Below, piece by piece: positions 1 to 9,461 of a DNA stretch of 64,000 nucleotides (position 1 is its first letter; each line of letters opens with the position of its first letter). The DNA comes from an uncultured Candidatus Actinomarina sp. (lineage in GTDB: Bacteria; Actinomycetota; Acidimicrobiia; Actinomarinales; Actinomarinaceae). The stretch is taken from contig CABWZY010000004.1 of the NCBI GenBank assembly GCA_902510055.1, positions 16,365 through 80,364 of the forward strand. Reading direction: 5' to 3'. Below the pieces are notes generated by a model. That model worked only from the letters and a program-made list of their open reading frames with translations. It was not told where the DNA came from and did not search any database. A program made the translations under genes and the position numbers.

Positions 1-335
1 CTGATTATGTTATTAGTGATTCAGGCACTGTGGTTGAAGAAGCTTGCATTATTGGTAAACCATCAATACAAATGAGACATTCTACTGAAAGGCCTGAAGT
101 TTATGATGTCGGTTCTTCTATAAAGTTTGATCCAAGCGCAGACATTAAGGACTTTGAAAATTATATAAATAAAGTAGATAAATTAACTTCAAATAAGTGG
201 GAGCAACCATTTGGTGATGGTAAATCTTCAGAAAAAATTGTAAATGATTTAGTAGAGCTTTCAAAAGCAGATACATTTAATAAACATAGTCGGAATGATT
301 ATTCATATGATGTCAGTAATGCATTCAAAGAATGA
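1..335 (+). CDS. UDP-N-acetylglucosamine 2-epimerase-like protein, C-terminal fragment (5' end outside window)
   Basis: The frame is open from the window edge (codons phased from nt 3). The sequence DYVISDSGTVVEEACIIGKPSIQMRHSTERPEV matches the DSGG-QEE...TERPE C-terminal core of WecB/MnaA-type 2-epimerases. It is a divergent paralogue of the complete gene at 10465-11544. Confidence 0.7.
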   Translation, partial: DYVISDSGTVVEEACIIGKPSIQMRHSTERPEVYDVGSSIKFDPSADIKDFENYINKVDKLTSNKWEQPFGDGKSSEKIVNDLVELSKADTFNKHSRNDYSYDVSNAFKE

Positions 336-1501
336 AAAAAATATTATTCCATTCACTAACAATACCTCCTGATAAAGTTTCGACAGGGATGCTTGTTGCT
401 GAAATAGCAAGTGGTTTTAACGACAGGGGAGTTGCTGTTGAAATATTAGCTAGTACACCACAATATAATTTTGATTCAAATATAGACAATAAAGTAGAAT
501 TTAAAAAAATTTCAAAAACTATTTTTGAATCTAGTTATAAAGATGTGAGAGTAGTTCATATTAGTTCTAAAAAAAGGAGCTATTCTAATTCTAAAAGAAT
601 CTTCCAGTGGTTTAAGTTCCACTATCATTCAATCAAATATTTGTTCAAACATAGAAAAGAATATTCTCATATCTTTCTCTTTAGTTATCCACCAACTATG
701 AACGTAATTGCAATATTTATTTCAAAATTCTTAAAGATTAAATTAATTTATTCATATTGGGAACTTTATCCAGAAATTGCTGAAAAAATTAATAGAATAA
801 AAAATAAACTTTTTTTAAGTTTGTTTGAGTCTATTGATACGTATGCATTGAAAAATGCTGATGCGGTTGTTCTTAACTCTAAAGAGTTAGAAGAGTATAT
901 CAAAAATGAACGCTTAGTGAAAAATAATACATCAACAATAAACCATTTTTCACCTTTTCCATATATAGAAAAGCTACCCAACAAAAATAAAAAATCTATT
1001 TTTTACGCCGGAAATATCGGCAAACCACAAAATATTCCTTTATTTGTAGATTATTTTAATAAGTCTCTAAGTAATGAATGGACATTAAATATATATGGTT
1101 CTGGTGAAGAATATGGCCATGTTAAGTCTCTTCAAAATGAAAAAGTTTTAGTTAATGAATATACAGAGAGAAACAAATTAATAGAATTAACTTCTGATAT
1201 TCCTTTTGCATTAGTTTCTTTAGATCCAAATTTAACTATTGAAGGTTTCCCTGGGAAGACTTTTGACTATCTTTCAATGAATAAAATAATTTTATGTTTT
1301 GGAAATGATAATTCTGCAGTTGCAAGATTTATTGAAGAAAATGAAGTAGGTATTAACATTAATCCAGATAATTTTGATAATATTATCGAAAAATTAAATT
1401 CACCTGACTTTATTGAAAAATCACTTAATAATGTAATAAATTTGAATAAGAATGAGATTAATAAAGAGAAAGTAATAGATAAATATCTATCTTTGATTTA
1501 A
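332..1501 (+). CDS. GT-B fold glycosyltransferase (GT4-like)
   Basis: 389-aa ORF overlapping the upstream stop by 4 nt. The C-terminal EGFPGKTFDYLSMNKIIL resembles the E-x7-E sugar-donor motif region of GT4 enzymes. It sits in a glycan-cluster context. Confidence 0.65.
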   Translation: MKKILFHSLTIPPDKVSTGMLVAEIASGFNDRGVAVEILASTPQYNFDSNIDNKVEFKKISKTIFESSYKDVRVVHISSKKRSYSNSKRIFQWFKFHYHSIKYLFKHRKEYSHIFLFSYPPTMNVIAIFISKFLKIKLIYSYWELYPEIAEKINRIKNKLFLSLFESIDTYALKNADAVVLNSKELEEYIKNERLVKNNTSTINHFSPFPYIEKLPNKNKKSIFYAGNIGKPQNIPLFVDYFNKSLSNEWTLNIYGSGEEYGHVKSLQNEKVLVNEYTERNKLIELTSDIPFALVSLDPNLTIEGFPGKTFDYLSMNKIILCFGNDNSAVARFIEENEVGININPDNFDNIIEKLNSPDFIEKSLNNVINLNKNEINKEKVIDKYLSLI

Positions 1502-2115
1502 TTCGCACCTTTTCTACTAATAACAGACATTATTGTTTGGAAAATTATTTTAAGATCTAATAATAAATTATATTTATTTACATATTCCAAATCCCAATAA
1601 AGCCTTTCTTGAAGGCTCAAATCTAATCTTCCTTGAGTTTGGGCCAATCCAGTTATTCCAGGTTTAACTGAGTGTCTATCTTTTTGATATTCTCCAAGTA
1701 AATCTGATTCATATTTTACTAATGGCCTTGGTCCTACAATTGACATTTCTCCAAAGAGTACATTGAATAAATTTGGTAACTCATCTAAAGATGTTTTTCT
1801 TAATAATTCTCCAATTTTTGTTATTCTATCATCATTCTCAATTCTTATTGGATTACCAGGTTTTAAAGAAGGCTCGACTGTTTTTTCTTTTGAGAGATTC
1901 TTGTAATGCTCTTCATGTATGTTTTCATCTGAAGATTGATCCATAGTTCTAAATTTGTATAATATAAATATTTTTCCATTTCTCCCTACTCTTTCTTGTT
2001 TGTATATAGCAGGAGAACCATCGGAGATAAGAATAGAAAGATAGATAATAGGTATTATCACTAACAAAACAGGAAGAATAAGGATTGTTAGTGTAATGTC
2101 AGTTATATTTTTCAT
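1498..2115 (-). CDS. Small monotopic phosphoglycosyl transferase (bacterial sugar transferase family, PglC/WbaP C-domain type)
   Basis: 205 aa with one N-terminal hydrophobic helix. It has YKFRTM and DELPNLFNVLFGEMSIVGPRP, which are signature motifs of undecaprenyl-phosphate sugar-phosphate transferases. Confidence 0.85.
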   Translation of the reverse strand: MKNITDITLTILILPVLLVIIPIIYLSILISDGSPAIYKQERVGRNGKIFILYKFRTMDQSSDENIHEEHYKNLSKEKTVEPSLKPGNPIRIENDDRITKIGELLRKTSLDELPNLFNVLFGEMSIVGPRPLVKYESDLLGEYQKDRHSVKPGITGLAQTQGRLDLSLQERLYWDLEYVNKYNLLLDLKIIFQTIMSVISRKGAN

Positions 2116-2183
2116 ATAGTATTTACTCTAAACTATTCAAATTAATGTACTTGAATAAAAAATATAACATTAGAGTTAGATAA

Positions 2184-4025
2184 ATGTGTGGAATAGGTGG
2201 AATTGTTAACACTAATAATTCCAAAATTGACCCAAATATTATTAAAAATATTAAAGATTCCTTAGAACATAGGGGACCAGACAACTCTTCCGTAAAACAC
2301 ATTTCAGAATCAAATTGTTTTGTTCATACAAGACTTTCAATTATTGATTTAAATGATCGATCAAACCAGCCTTTCCAGTCAGCTGATGGAAGATATACAT
2401 TGGTATTTAATGGTGAAATATATAACTATAAAGAAATAAGAAAAGACTTAGAGTCAATTGGAATTAATTTCAATACTGAAGGAGACACTGAAGTACTCTT
2501 AAAAGGTTTTATAGAACATGGAGAAGGCATATTAGAGAAACTCAGAGGTCAATTTGCATTTGCTATATATGATGATTCAGAAGAAAGTATTTTTCTTGCA
2601 AGAGATAGGATTGGAATTAAACCATTATATTTTTCTTCATATAATGATTGGTTTATTTTTGGATCTGAGATTAAAACAATTGAAAAATCAGGATTAGTTC
2701 CGTTTGAGCCTGATTTAGATTCATATGCTACATATTTGAGACATCTTTGTGTACCAGCAAATAGAACTGGAAATAAAAATATATTAAAAGTTCAACCTGG
2801 TGAGTACGTCGTTTATTCGTTAAAGAGTGGAATTTCAAAAAAGAAATATTGGGATCCTTTTAATTTTGAAGTGAATAACGATATTAATGAAAAAGATGCT
2901 ATTTCAGAAGTAGATAGATTATTGTCTGAATCTGTTGAGTACAGAAAAGTTAGTGATGTTGAAGTAGGCTTGTTCCTTTCAGGAGGAGTAGATTCATCAT
3001 TAATAGGAAAATTAATGAAAGAAAATGAAGCTGCTGGGCTCAAGGGTTTCAACATAGATTATGAAGATCACTTTGAAGGATATGAAGGTGAAGTAGCAGA
3101 AGCTGAATTTGCATCTTCAACACTAAATATTGAATTGATTAAAGAAAATATTAAATATTCTGATTTTCAAGATTTATTAAATAACTATTCATTTTATCAA
3201 GATGATCTGATTGGTGATGAAGTGGGCATACCACTATATTTTCTTGGAAAAAGTACAAGATCTAATGGAATAAAAGTGGTACAGGTTGGAGAGGGTGCAG
3301 ACGAGCTTTTTTATGGTTACGACCATTGGTTAAGGTTTATCAAGCTAAATAAATATATAAAATCAATAAACCAATCTCGCTTCAATGTATTAGATTTTAA
3401 AAACCATCGTATGAATTTAGTTTCAAATATTCTCTTTAATAGAACTTCATTTTCAGGAGGAGCTATAGGTTTTAATTTATCTGAAATAAATAGACTTGTT
3501 GATGGAGGACTCTCAAATGAATTTCAACTTATTAATTATGTTGACAATAAGTGGGATGAATACTTTACAAAGAAAAATGCAAACTTATCAAAATGGATGA
3601 CTTTAATTGATTTGAATATTCGCCTTCCAGAGTTACTTTTAATGAGGATGGATAAATTAGTGATGCAGTCCGCTGTTGAAGCAAGGGTTCCATTCTTAGA
3701 TCATAAACTTGTTGAGTATGTCTTAACAATCCCTCAAGGGGTACTTATGAACACTAAGACAACAAAACCATTTTTAAAAAAGGTTGCAAGAAAACATATT
3801 CCTAATCAAATAGTTGACAGAAAAAAACAAGGTTTCAGGGCGCCAATAGGAGAATGGATTAGAAAAGATGAAAACTATTTTTATGAATCTATAAAAGAAT
3901 TCAATTCCCTAGTAAATTTATTTAGTGAGAAAGAATTAACCAAAATTCTTAATGGAAAAGATTTCCAAAAGAAATGGTATTTAGTTAATTTATCTCGTTG
4001 GCATTTAACAAGGGTTGCTAATTGA
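2184..4025 (+). CDS. Asparagine synthase (glutamine-hydrolysing)-like amidotransferase
   Basis: 613 aa with N-terminal MCGI (the Ntn Cys2 of class II glutamine amidotransferases). It also has the SGGVDSS ATP-pyrophosphatase loop. The glycan-cluster location suggests a sugar amidotransferase rather than housekeeping AsnB. Confidence 0.85.
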   Translation: MCGIGGIVNTNNSKIDPNIIKNIKDSLEHRGPDNSSVKHISESNCFVHTRLSIIDLNDRSNQPFQSADGRYTLVFNGEIYNYKEIRKDLESIGINFNTEGDTEVLLKGFIEHGEGILEKLRGQFAFAIYDDSEESIFLARDRIGIKPLYFSSYNDWFIFGSEIKTIEKSGLVPFEPDLDSYATYLRHLCVPANRTGNKNILKVQPGEYVVYSLKSGISKKKYWDPFNFEVNNDINEKDAISEVDRLLSESVEYRKVSDVEVGLFLSGGVDSSLIGKLMKENEAAGLKGFNIDYEDHFEGYEGEVAEAEFASSTLNIELIKENIKYSDFQDLLNNYSFYQDDLIGDEVGIPLYFLGKSTRSNGIKVVQVGEGADELFYGYDHWLRFIKLNKYIKSINQSRFNVLDFKNHRMNLVSNILFNRTSFSGGAIGFNLSEINRLVDGGLSNEFQLINYVDNKWDEYFTKKNANLSKWMTLIDLNIRLPELLLMRMDKLVMQSAVEARVPFLDHKLVEYVLTIPQGVLMNTKTTKPFLKKVARKHIPNQIVDRKKQGFRAPIGEWIRKDENYFYESIKEFNSLVNLFSEKELTKILNGKDFQKKWYLVNLSRWHLTRVAN

Positions 4026-5239
4026 TAAGAAATTGGAAAGAAAATACAGTATATATTTCATTAATGCAGGTTACTCTCTTAGTAGTAAACTTTTTTTTAA
4101 TCACAATAATAAGTAGAGAATATGGAGCTTCAGTATATGGTGAATATGCATCATCAAAAAGTCTATCTGTATTAATAGGAACTGCTTCTGTTATATCTCT
4201 TGCTTTAGTTACAACAAAAGTAAGAGCTCAGAAAGTAGATTATTCTAATTCAGTATTTTCTAATTCATATTATTTAGTACTTCGTAATTTAATATTTTCG
4301 TTAGCAATTCTTTTCCCTTTAACTTTGCTACTTGGAAGAAGTTATCTGTGGACTTCTTTATTTTTAATTGGATATATTTTTAATGAAATGATTCATATTG
4401 CATTAGCTTATTATCAAGCAAATGGAAACTTTGTAATTAGTTCAAAACAAATATTAGTAAGGACAGTTATATATGGAGTAGGGGCCTGGTTAATAGTATT
4501 TAATGGTTTTCCAATATTATATGTAATTCTTTACCAAGTATTTTTATTTTGTATCTTCTTTTACGTTGCCCATCTATCAATACCAAAAAAAGAAACAATA
4601 GATGACAATTCAGATAGCAATGAGATAAGAAAAAAATTATCAAAATCAGGAAGAAAAATGGTAACAACCACTTTTTCAGCAGCACTTATATCTGAGCTAG
4701 ATATTGTTTTATTAGGCTTATTTTATGGAGGACCTTTACTTGGAGTTTTAGCATGGTCAAGGAGAATACTTGAAGGTATTTTCCAGCTAATTGGAGCAAG
4801 TCTAGATATATTATTTCCTGAACTTTCAAGAGTAAATGATAGAAATGAGATTGCCATTATACGTAAACGGTTAAGAAAAGTATTTTTATTTTCTTTTATT
4901 ATCCCAATAGGTTTTTTCTTTACAAGAGATATTGCAGGTAGTATTTTTATAAATTTACTTGGAACTGAATTTGAAGATGTTGCAAAAAATACTTCAGCTA
5001 TACTTTTTTGTTTACCTCTAATGATTTGGTCAAGAATTAATATAATATTTTCAAGAGCTTTAAATTTTGAATTAACATTAACAAAAACTGTGTTACTAGG
5101 TTCATTACTTTCATATATAGTATATTTCTCTCTGCATAAAATTGGATATAACCCAGCTGTTCTTTCTATTATTATTTCACAATTTTTAATTGCTGCCCTT
5201 ACAACATATAGTTTCAGGAGATCCAATGAATCAACGTAG
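4022..5239 (+). CDS. Wzx-like oligosaccharide flippase (MOP superfamily polysaccharide biosynthesis protein)
   Basis: 405 aa, polytopic (about 12 hydrophobic segments), with a basic central loop. TTG start overlaps the asnB-like stop. Call rests on position in the cluster. Confidence 0.6.
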   Translation: MIRNWKENTVYISLMQVTLLVVNFFLITIISREYGASVYGEYASSKSLSVLIGTASVISLALVTTKVRAQKVDYSNSVFSNSYYLVLRNLIFSLAILFPLTLLLGRSYLWTSLFLIGYIFNEMIHIALAYYQANGNFVISSKQILVRTVIYGVGAWLIVFNGFPILYVILYQVFLFCIFFYVAHLSIPKKETIDDNSDSNEIRKKLSKSGRKMVTTTFSAALISELDIVLLGLFYGGPLLGVLAWSRRILEGIFQLIGASLDILFPELSRVNDRNEIAIIRKRLRKVFLFSFIIPIGFFFTRDIAGSIFINLLGTEFEDVAKNTSAILFCLPLMIWSRINIIFSRALNFELTLTKTVLLGSLLSYIVYFSLHKIGYNPAVLSIIISQFLIAALTTYSFRRSNEST

Positions 5240-6860
5240 TATTCTGATTCTAGTTTCACGATTCTTGCGTAAAATTAAATATAATTTAACTTATCTTTTT
5301 GGTGCACAGATAACTATTCCATCTGAATTTAAATTATTCGAACGAAGAAAAACAAATTATCAAAAATTTATCAACAATCATTGCAGATCAAACCGTAAGG
5401 AAGAATTTAGCTCGAATGACACTTTAAAGATATTTGGTAAAGTATCTGATGAATATGAAGTATCTAAAGACATATTTTCAAATTTTGATTTTGCAAATAA
5501 GAAACTAAAACCTGCTTATTTTAACGTTGCTGATGTAAAAGTACCTTACGAGGCTTCAAGGCTTCAATATTTACAAAAAGCTAATGCAGGGTATATAGAT
5601 GTAAATAAATTTCCGTTGATTTACTGGAATAGTCCAATGGATGTGGCTATAAGAAATATCAATTTAATTCTCCATTTTCTAGCTATTGAAGATAGCTCTC
5701 CAGGTATCGAGATATTAGGTAATAATGAAGATTTAATTAGTACTTTCATAAGTCAGCACTACGAATATATAAGTAAAAATTTAGAAGATAAAGGGCATGT
5801 AGTAGGGAATCATTATCTTATTGAGCTCACTTCTTTATTGCTTACTATTGCAACGTTTTCATTCGATGGGGATGAAGAAGAGTTTAAATTCTATCATGAT
5901 GAATTAGAAACTGAATTGGAGAAACAATTTCATAAAGACGGAACTAATTTTGAAGGTTCAACCCATTATTCTGCTTTTGTTACTGAAGCTATGATTTTAT
6001 GTAAGCTTGCTATTGAAGAAATTGACAAAGATTCAATTCTTTTGGAACGGATAGAAGAGATAATAAAATCAAATAAGCTATTTTTGTCAATGTTAATGAA
6101 TAAAGGTGAGTTATCTCAAATAGGAGATAATGATTCCGGAAGATTATTTTATTTTGCTTTTGATGAAGACAAACCTTTAAATATGGAATGGCTAATCAAT
6201 TTAATTGAAATTCTATATGAAGATTCTTTAGAGGACAGTGAAATAAAACAAAAATTTAAAATTGAAATTAAACGTCAAATACCGATCTTTAGCGAATTTA
6301 TGAAATCTACACACAAACCTATAAAGGTATTTTCTAAAGATTATGAAACATATAGTTTTAAAGACTTTGGTTTATATATTTGGAGAAATGAAGATGAATA
6401 TTTTAGTATACGATGCGGCCCTATAGGGCAGAATGGTATTGGAGGTCACTCTCATTATGATCAGCTAGCTATTGAATGTTTTACGGATAATAAATGGGTC
6501 GCAAGAGACCCCGGAACAGGAACTTATACAGATAATATTAAGTTAAGAAACAAATTTAGATCTCTTGATTATCACTGGGGTCCAAAAGTAGATTTGAAAT
6601 TTCCAAATGAAGATGAGTTTGATTGTTTTCGATTAAATTATATGAGAGATGGTGAAGTATTAACTTATGATAAAAATAAATTTTTAGGCGTCGCAAAGTT
6701 TAATGAAAAAACAATTTATAGAAAAATTAAAATTGAAAATGGCATTGTGTCTATAGAAGATTACTCAAAAGATTTAGATTTAAAAGAATATTCTTCCTGG
6801 GGAGAGGAAAATAATGGAGTTAAATCTCAATTTTCAGAAGGGTATAAAAGAATAAGTTGA
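5226..6860 (+). CDS. Heparinase II/III-like family protein (polysaccharide lyase/epimerase fold), apparently cytoplasmic
   Basis: GNHYLIE and GIGGHSHYDQL resemble the N-H and GHxHxD motifs of the heparinase II/III-like domain. I prefer ATG 5226, preceded by AGGAG at 5216-5220, over the ORF-track start at 5190. No obvious signal peptide. Confidence 0.6.
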   Translation: MNQRSILILVSRFLRKIKYNLTYLFGAQITIPSEFKLFERRKTNYQKFINNHCRSNRKEEFSSNDTLKIFGKVSDEYEVSKDIFSNFDFANKKLKPAYFNVADVKVPYEASRLQYLQKANAGYIDVNKFPLIYWNSPMDVAIRNINLILHFLAIEDSSPGIEILGNNEDLISTFISQHYEYISKNLEDKGHVVGNHYLIELTSLLLTIATFSFDGDEEEFKFYHDELETELEKQFHKDGTNFEGSTHYSAFVTEAMILCKLAIEEIDKDSILLERIEEIIKSNKLFLSMLMNKGELSQIGDNDSGRLFYFAFDEDKPLNMEWLINLIEILYEDSLEDSEIKQKFKIEIKRQIPIFSEFMKSTHKPIKVFSKDYETYSFKDFGLYIWRNEDEYFSIRCGPIGQNGIGGHSHYDQLAIECFTDNKWVARDPGTGTYTDNIKLRNKFRSLDYHWGPKVDLKFPNEDEFDCFRLNYMRDGEVLTYDKNKFLGVAKFNEKTIYRKIKIENGIVSIEDYSKDLDLKEYSSWGEENNGVKSQFSEGYKRIS

Positions 6861-8245
6861 AGTTAAAAAATATAAATCCAATTGTCGGTATTTTTATTAT
6901 TAGTATATTTCTAGAAGCAATGGATGCTTTTTCATTTTACTCTATACCAATTACATGGATTGGTATTGCTTTAATAATTGGATTATATATATTTAATTAT
7001 TTCTTTGGATATGATTACGAATTTGATGAACTTCCATCATTGAGGGTCTGGTTATTTTATATTTTTAGCATAACAGTAATAAGGGCTCTTTCTTTTGATG
7101 CTATATTACCTGAATATGCCACAACAACTTTTTCTCAATATATTTCTTTACGACTTTTAAAACTTCTAGGATTTATTGCTACTATTTGGGCCATTCATTT
7201 TATTAGTGAATATCTAAAAAAAGAAAAAATTATAGAATATTTAGTTTATGTTGGAATAATTGTTTCTTTATTGTCTCTTTACTCATATTTTTCTTATTTC
7301 TTCGAGTTACCAGATTTTACTAGGTCAAGATCTGGTTCGGGAGGATGGACTCAGCCAATTAGAAGAGCATGTTCAATATTAAGAAATTATGGTACTTTCA
7401 GAGAGCCAAGCTTTCTTGCGGTATGGTCAGCGCCAATAATTCCTTTAATATTTCATTTGGCTAAGAGAAATCGTTATTGGTATTTCGTTTCAATAATTCC
7501 AATATTGTCAATTGTTTTAACAAGAAGTTTGACAGGTATAATCAGTCTCATTCTTGCGTTCCTACTTGCTTTAATTATTTCAATGATAAAAAATAAATCA
7601 ATTAACTTTCATTTATTAATTCCGATTGTAATGATTATCATTTTCAGTGTTTTAGGGAATAGTATTTCCTATAAATTTCCAGCACTTGATCCTTCAATGT
7701 GTCCACCTGAATCACCTGATAAATGTAATTGTTCTTTATTTGAAGATGAATTAGATGAAGCAAAAAATTCTGAAAATATAACTAAAAGTATTTATAATCG
7801 TTTAACTTTAATTACATCAGGTGGAGTAGGTGCATTTGAGAATATTTCATTTTTAAGGGAATACATATCATCTGAAAATATAAAAATATTTGGTGATGGT
7901 TTAGGCGCTTCTAATATTAAATATTCCGAGAAATTTATTGAGATATCAAAATTAGAAAAAAATGGAAAAATAACATATAGAAATCCTGGACAAATTGTTT
8001 CTTTTAATAATTTATATGCAAATATATATCTTTCTTCAGGATTGCTAGGTCTTTTATGGTTTTTCAGTATTATTTTAAATATTTTAAAAAAATTACTAAA
8101 TAGATTTACAGATTTGAATCTATATTTGTTTTGTAATATTTTTGTAATTCTTCTTATGTATTTTTTTCAAGCTGAAGAACTTAGCTTGTCATTCGCTATT
8201 TCTATTGGTCTAATTACACTAAAAGAAAAAAATGAACAAAAATAA
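6857..8245 (+). CDS. Wzy-like polymerase / O-antigen-ligase-domain membrane protein
   Basis: 462 aa, at least 10 hydrophobic segments, plus a large hydrophilic loop containing a Cys-rich stretch (MCPPESPDKCNC). TTG start overlaps the upstream stop (TTGA). The call rests mainly on topology and context. Confidence 0.5.
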   Translation: MKLKNINPIVGIFIISIFLEAMDAFSFYSIPITWIGIALIIGLYIFNYFFGYDYEFDELPSLRVWLFYIFSITVIRALSFDAILPEYATTTFSQYISLRLLKLLGFIATIWAIHFISEYLKKEKIIEYLVYVGIIVSLLSLYSYFSYFFELPDFTRSRSGSGGWTQPIRRACSILRNYGTFREPSFLAVWSAPIIPLIFHLAKRNRYWYFVSIIPILSIVLTRSLTGIISLILAFLLALIISMIKNKSINFHLLIPIVMIIIFSVLGNSISYKFPALDPSMCPPESPDKCNCSLFEDELDEAKNSENITKSIYNRLTLITSGGVGAFENISFLREYISSENIKIFGDGLGASNIKYSEKFIEISKLEKNGKITYRNPGQIVSFNNLYANIYLSSGLLGLLWFFSIILNILKKLLNRFTDLNLYLFCNIFVILLMYFFQAEELSLSFAISIGLITLKEKNEQK

Positions 8246-9461
8246 TAAAATATTAATAGTTTCTCATCAGTTCACTCCTCATGTAAGTCCAAGAACTACT
8301 AGGTGGAAATTAATAGTTGAAGAACTAAAATCTTTAGGTCATCAAGTAACTGTTATAACAGGAACTAAACAAGATCAAGAAGATAAAGATGTAAATATTA
8401 TTTACGTAGGAAATAAAAATTCTAGCAATATTGTTAGGAACTTTAGAGAAAAATCAAATAATCTCACAAAGAGTAATCTCTTTAAGAGAATTTTCTATAA
8501 TTCATTAAAGAAAATTTATAGATTCATAGTAAAAACATTTGCTTGGCCAGATTATTCTATGTTTTGGTTGATTTCTATTTACAGAAATAGAAAAAAATTA
8601 AAATTAGATTACGATTTATTGATTACAGTTAGCCTTCCATTTTCATCTCACATAGCAGGATATCTTATTAATAAAAAAAATAATAAAAAATGGGTGATGG
8701 ATATTGGCGATCCTTTTACATTAAAGAAAGATGCACCTGAAAATAATTATTTATTATATGGAGCATTAAATAAATATTTTGAAAATAAATTATATTCTCT
8801 AGCTGACAAAATAATGTTTACTCATAATGACGCAATGTACACACATAAAGAATACTTCAAATTACCTGATGGCAAAGTTATTGTAGCGAATCCAATTAGC
8901 AAATTTAATAAAGTAATATATCAAAAATCTTTAAATTATAATTACAATTCATTACCAATTAAATTTGGATATTTTGGAATATTCACTAAAGGTGTAAGGT
9001 CACCTATAAATTTTTTAGAAACCCTTCAAAAGAAAAACAATATTGAGTTTCACTGGTATGTAAATAATGATTCTCAAAGTGAAATTATTTTTAACAACCT
9101 AGAATCAGAATCAATCGTCCATTCAATTGTGCCTAGAGATAAGGCATTAAATATAATGGCTGAATCTATGCACTGTTTATTGTCTATTGGAAACCTGAAT
9201 CCCACTCAATTACCAAGTAAAGTTATTGAGTATATTTCTACTGGGAAACCTGTAGTACATTTTGCAGAAATTGAAAATGATCCAGTTATAAAAATTGCTA
9301 ATGATTTCAATAATTTATTTATAATCACAAGCAAAACTAATTTAGATAAGTTTTTTATAGAATTAACTGACTATTTTAAAAGTGTTTCAGCCTTTAACAA
9401 GAATTTATTTATTGAACAATATACCTCAACCTCAATTATTAAATTATTAAATCTTTCTTAA
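8232..9461 (+). CDS. Glycosyltransferase (GT-B fold, family uncertain)
   Basis: 409 aa. The N-terminal KILIVSHQFTPHVSPRTTRW...GHQVTVITG is typical of the GT4/GT-B N-domain. Glycan-cluster context. Confidence 0.55.
   Translation: MNKNNKILIVSHQFTPHVSPRTTRWKLIVEELKSLGHQVTVITGTKQDQEDKDVNIIYVGNKNSSNIVRNFREKSNNLTKSNLFKRIFYNSLKKIYRFIVKTFAWPDYSMFWLISIYRNRKKLKLDYDLLITVSLPFSSHIAGYLINKKNNKKWVMDIGDPFTLKKDAPENNYLLYGALNKYFENKLYSLADKIMFTHNDAMYTHKEYFKLPDGKVIVANPISKFNKVIYQKSLNYNYNSLPIKFGYFGIFTKGVRSPINFLETLQKKNNIEFHWYVNNDSQSEIIFNNLESESIVHSIVPRDKALNIMAESMHCLLSIGNLNPTQLPSKVIEYISTGKPVVHFAEIENDPVIKIANDFNNLFIITSKTNLDKFFIELTDYFKSVSAFNKNLFIEQYTSTSIIKLLNLS

Noticed and set aside
4723-5259. A 178-aa ORF on the minus strand, strikingly long for antisense sequence in AT-rich DNA.
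   Set aside because: It lies entirely antisense to the 3' third of the Wzx-like flippase and the start of the heparinase-like gene. Both have coherent membrane-protein or motif content and tight coupling to their neighbours. The antisense product has no motifs, no SD, and a composition that simply mirrors the Phe/Ile/Leu-rich sense codons.
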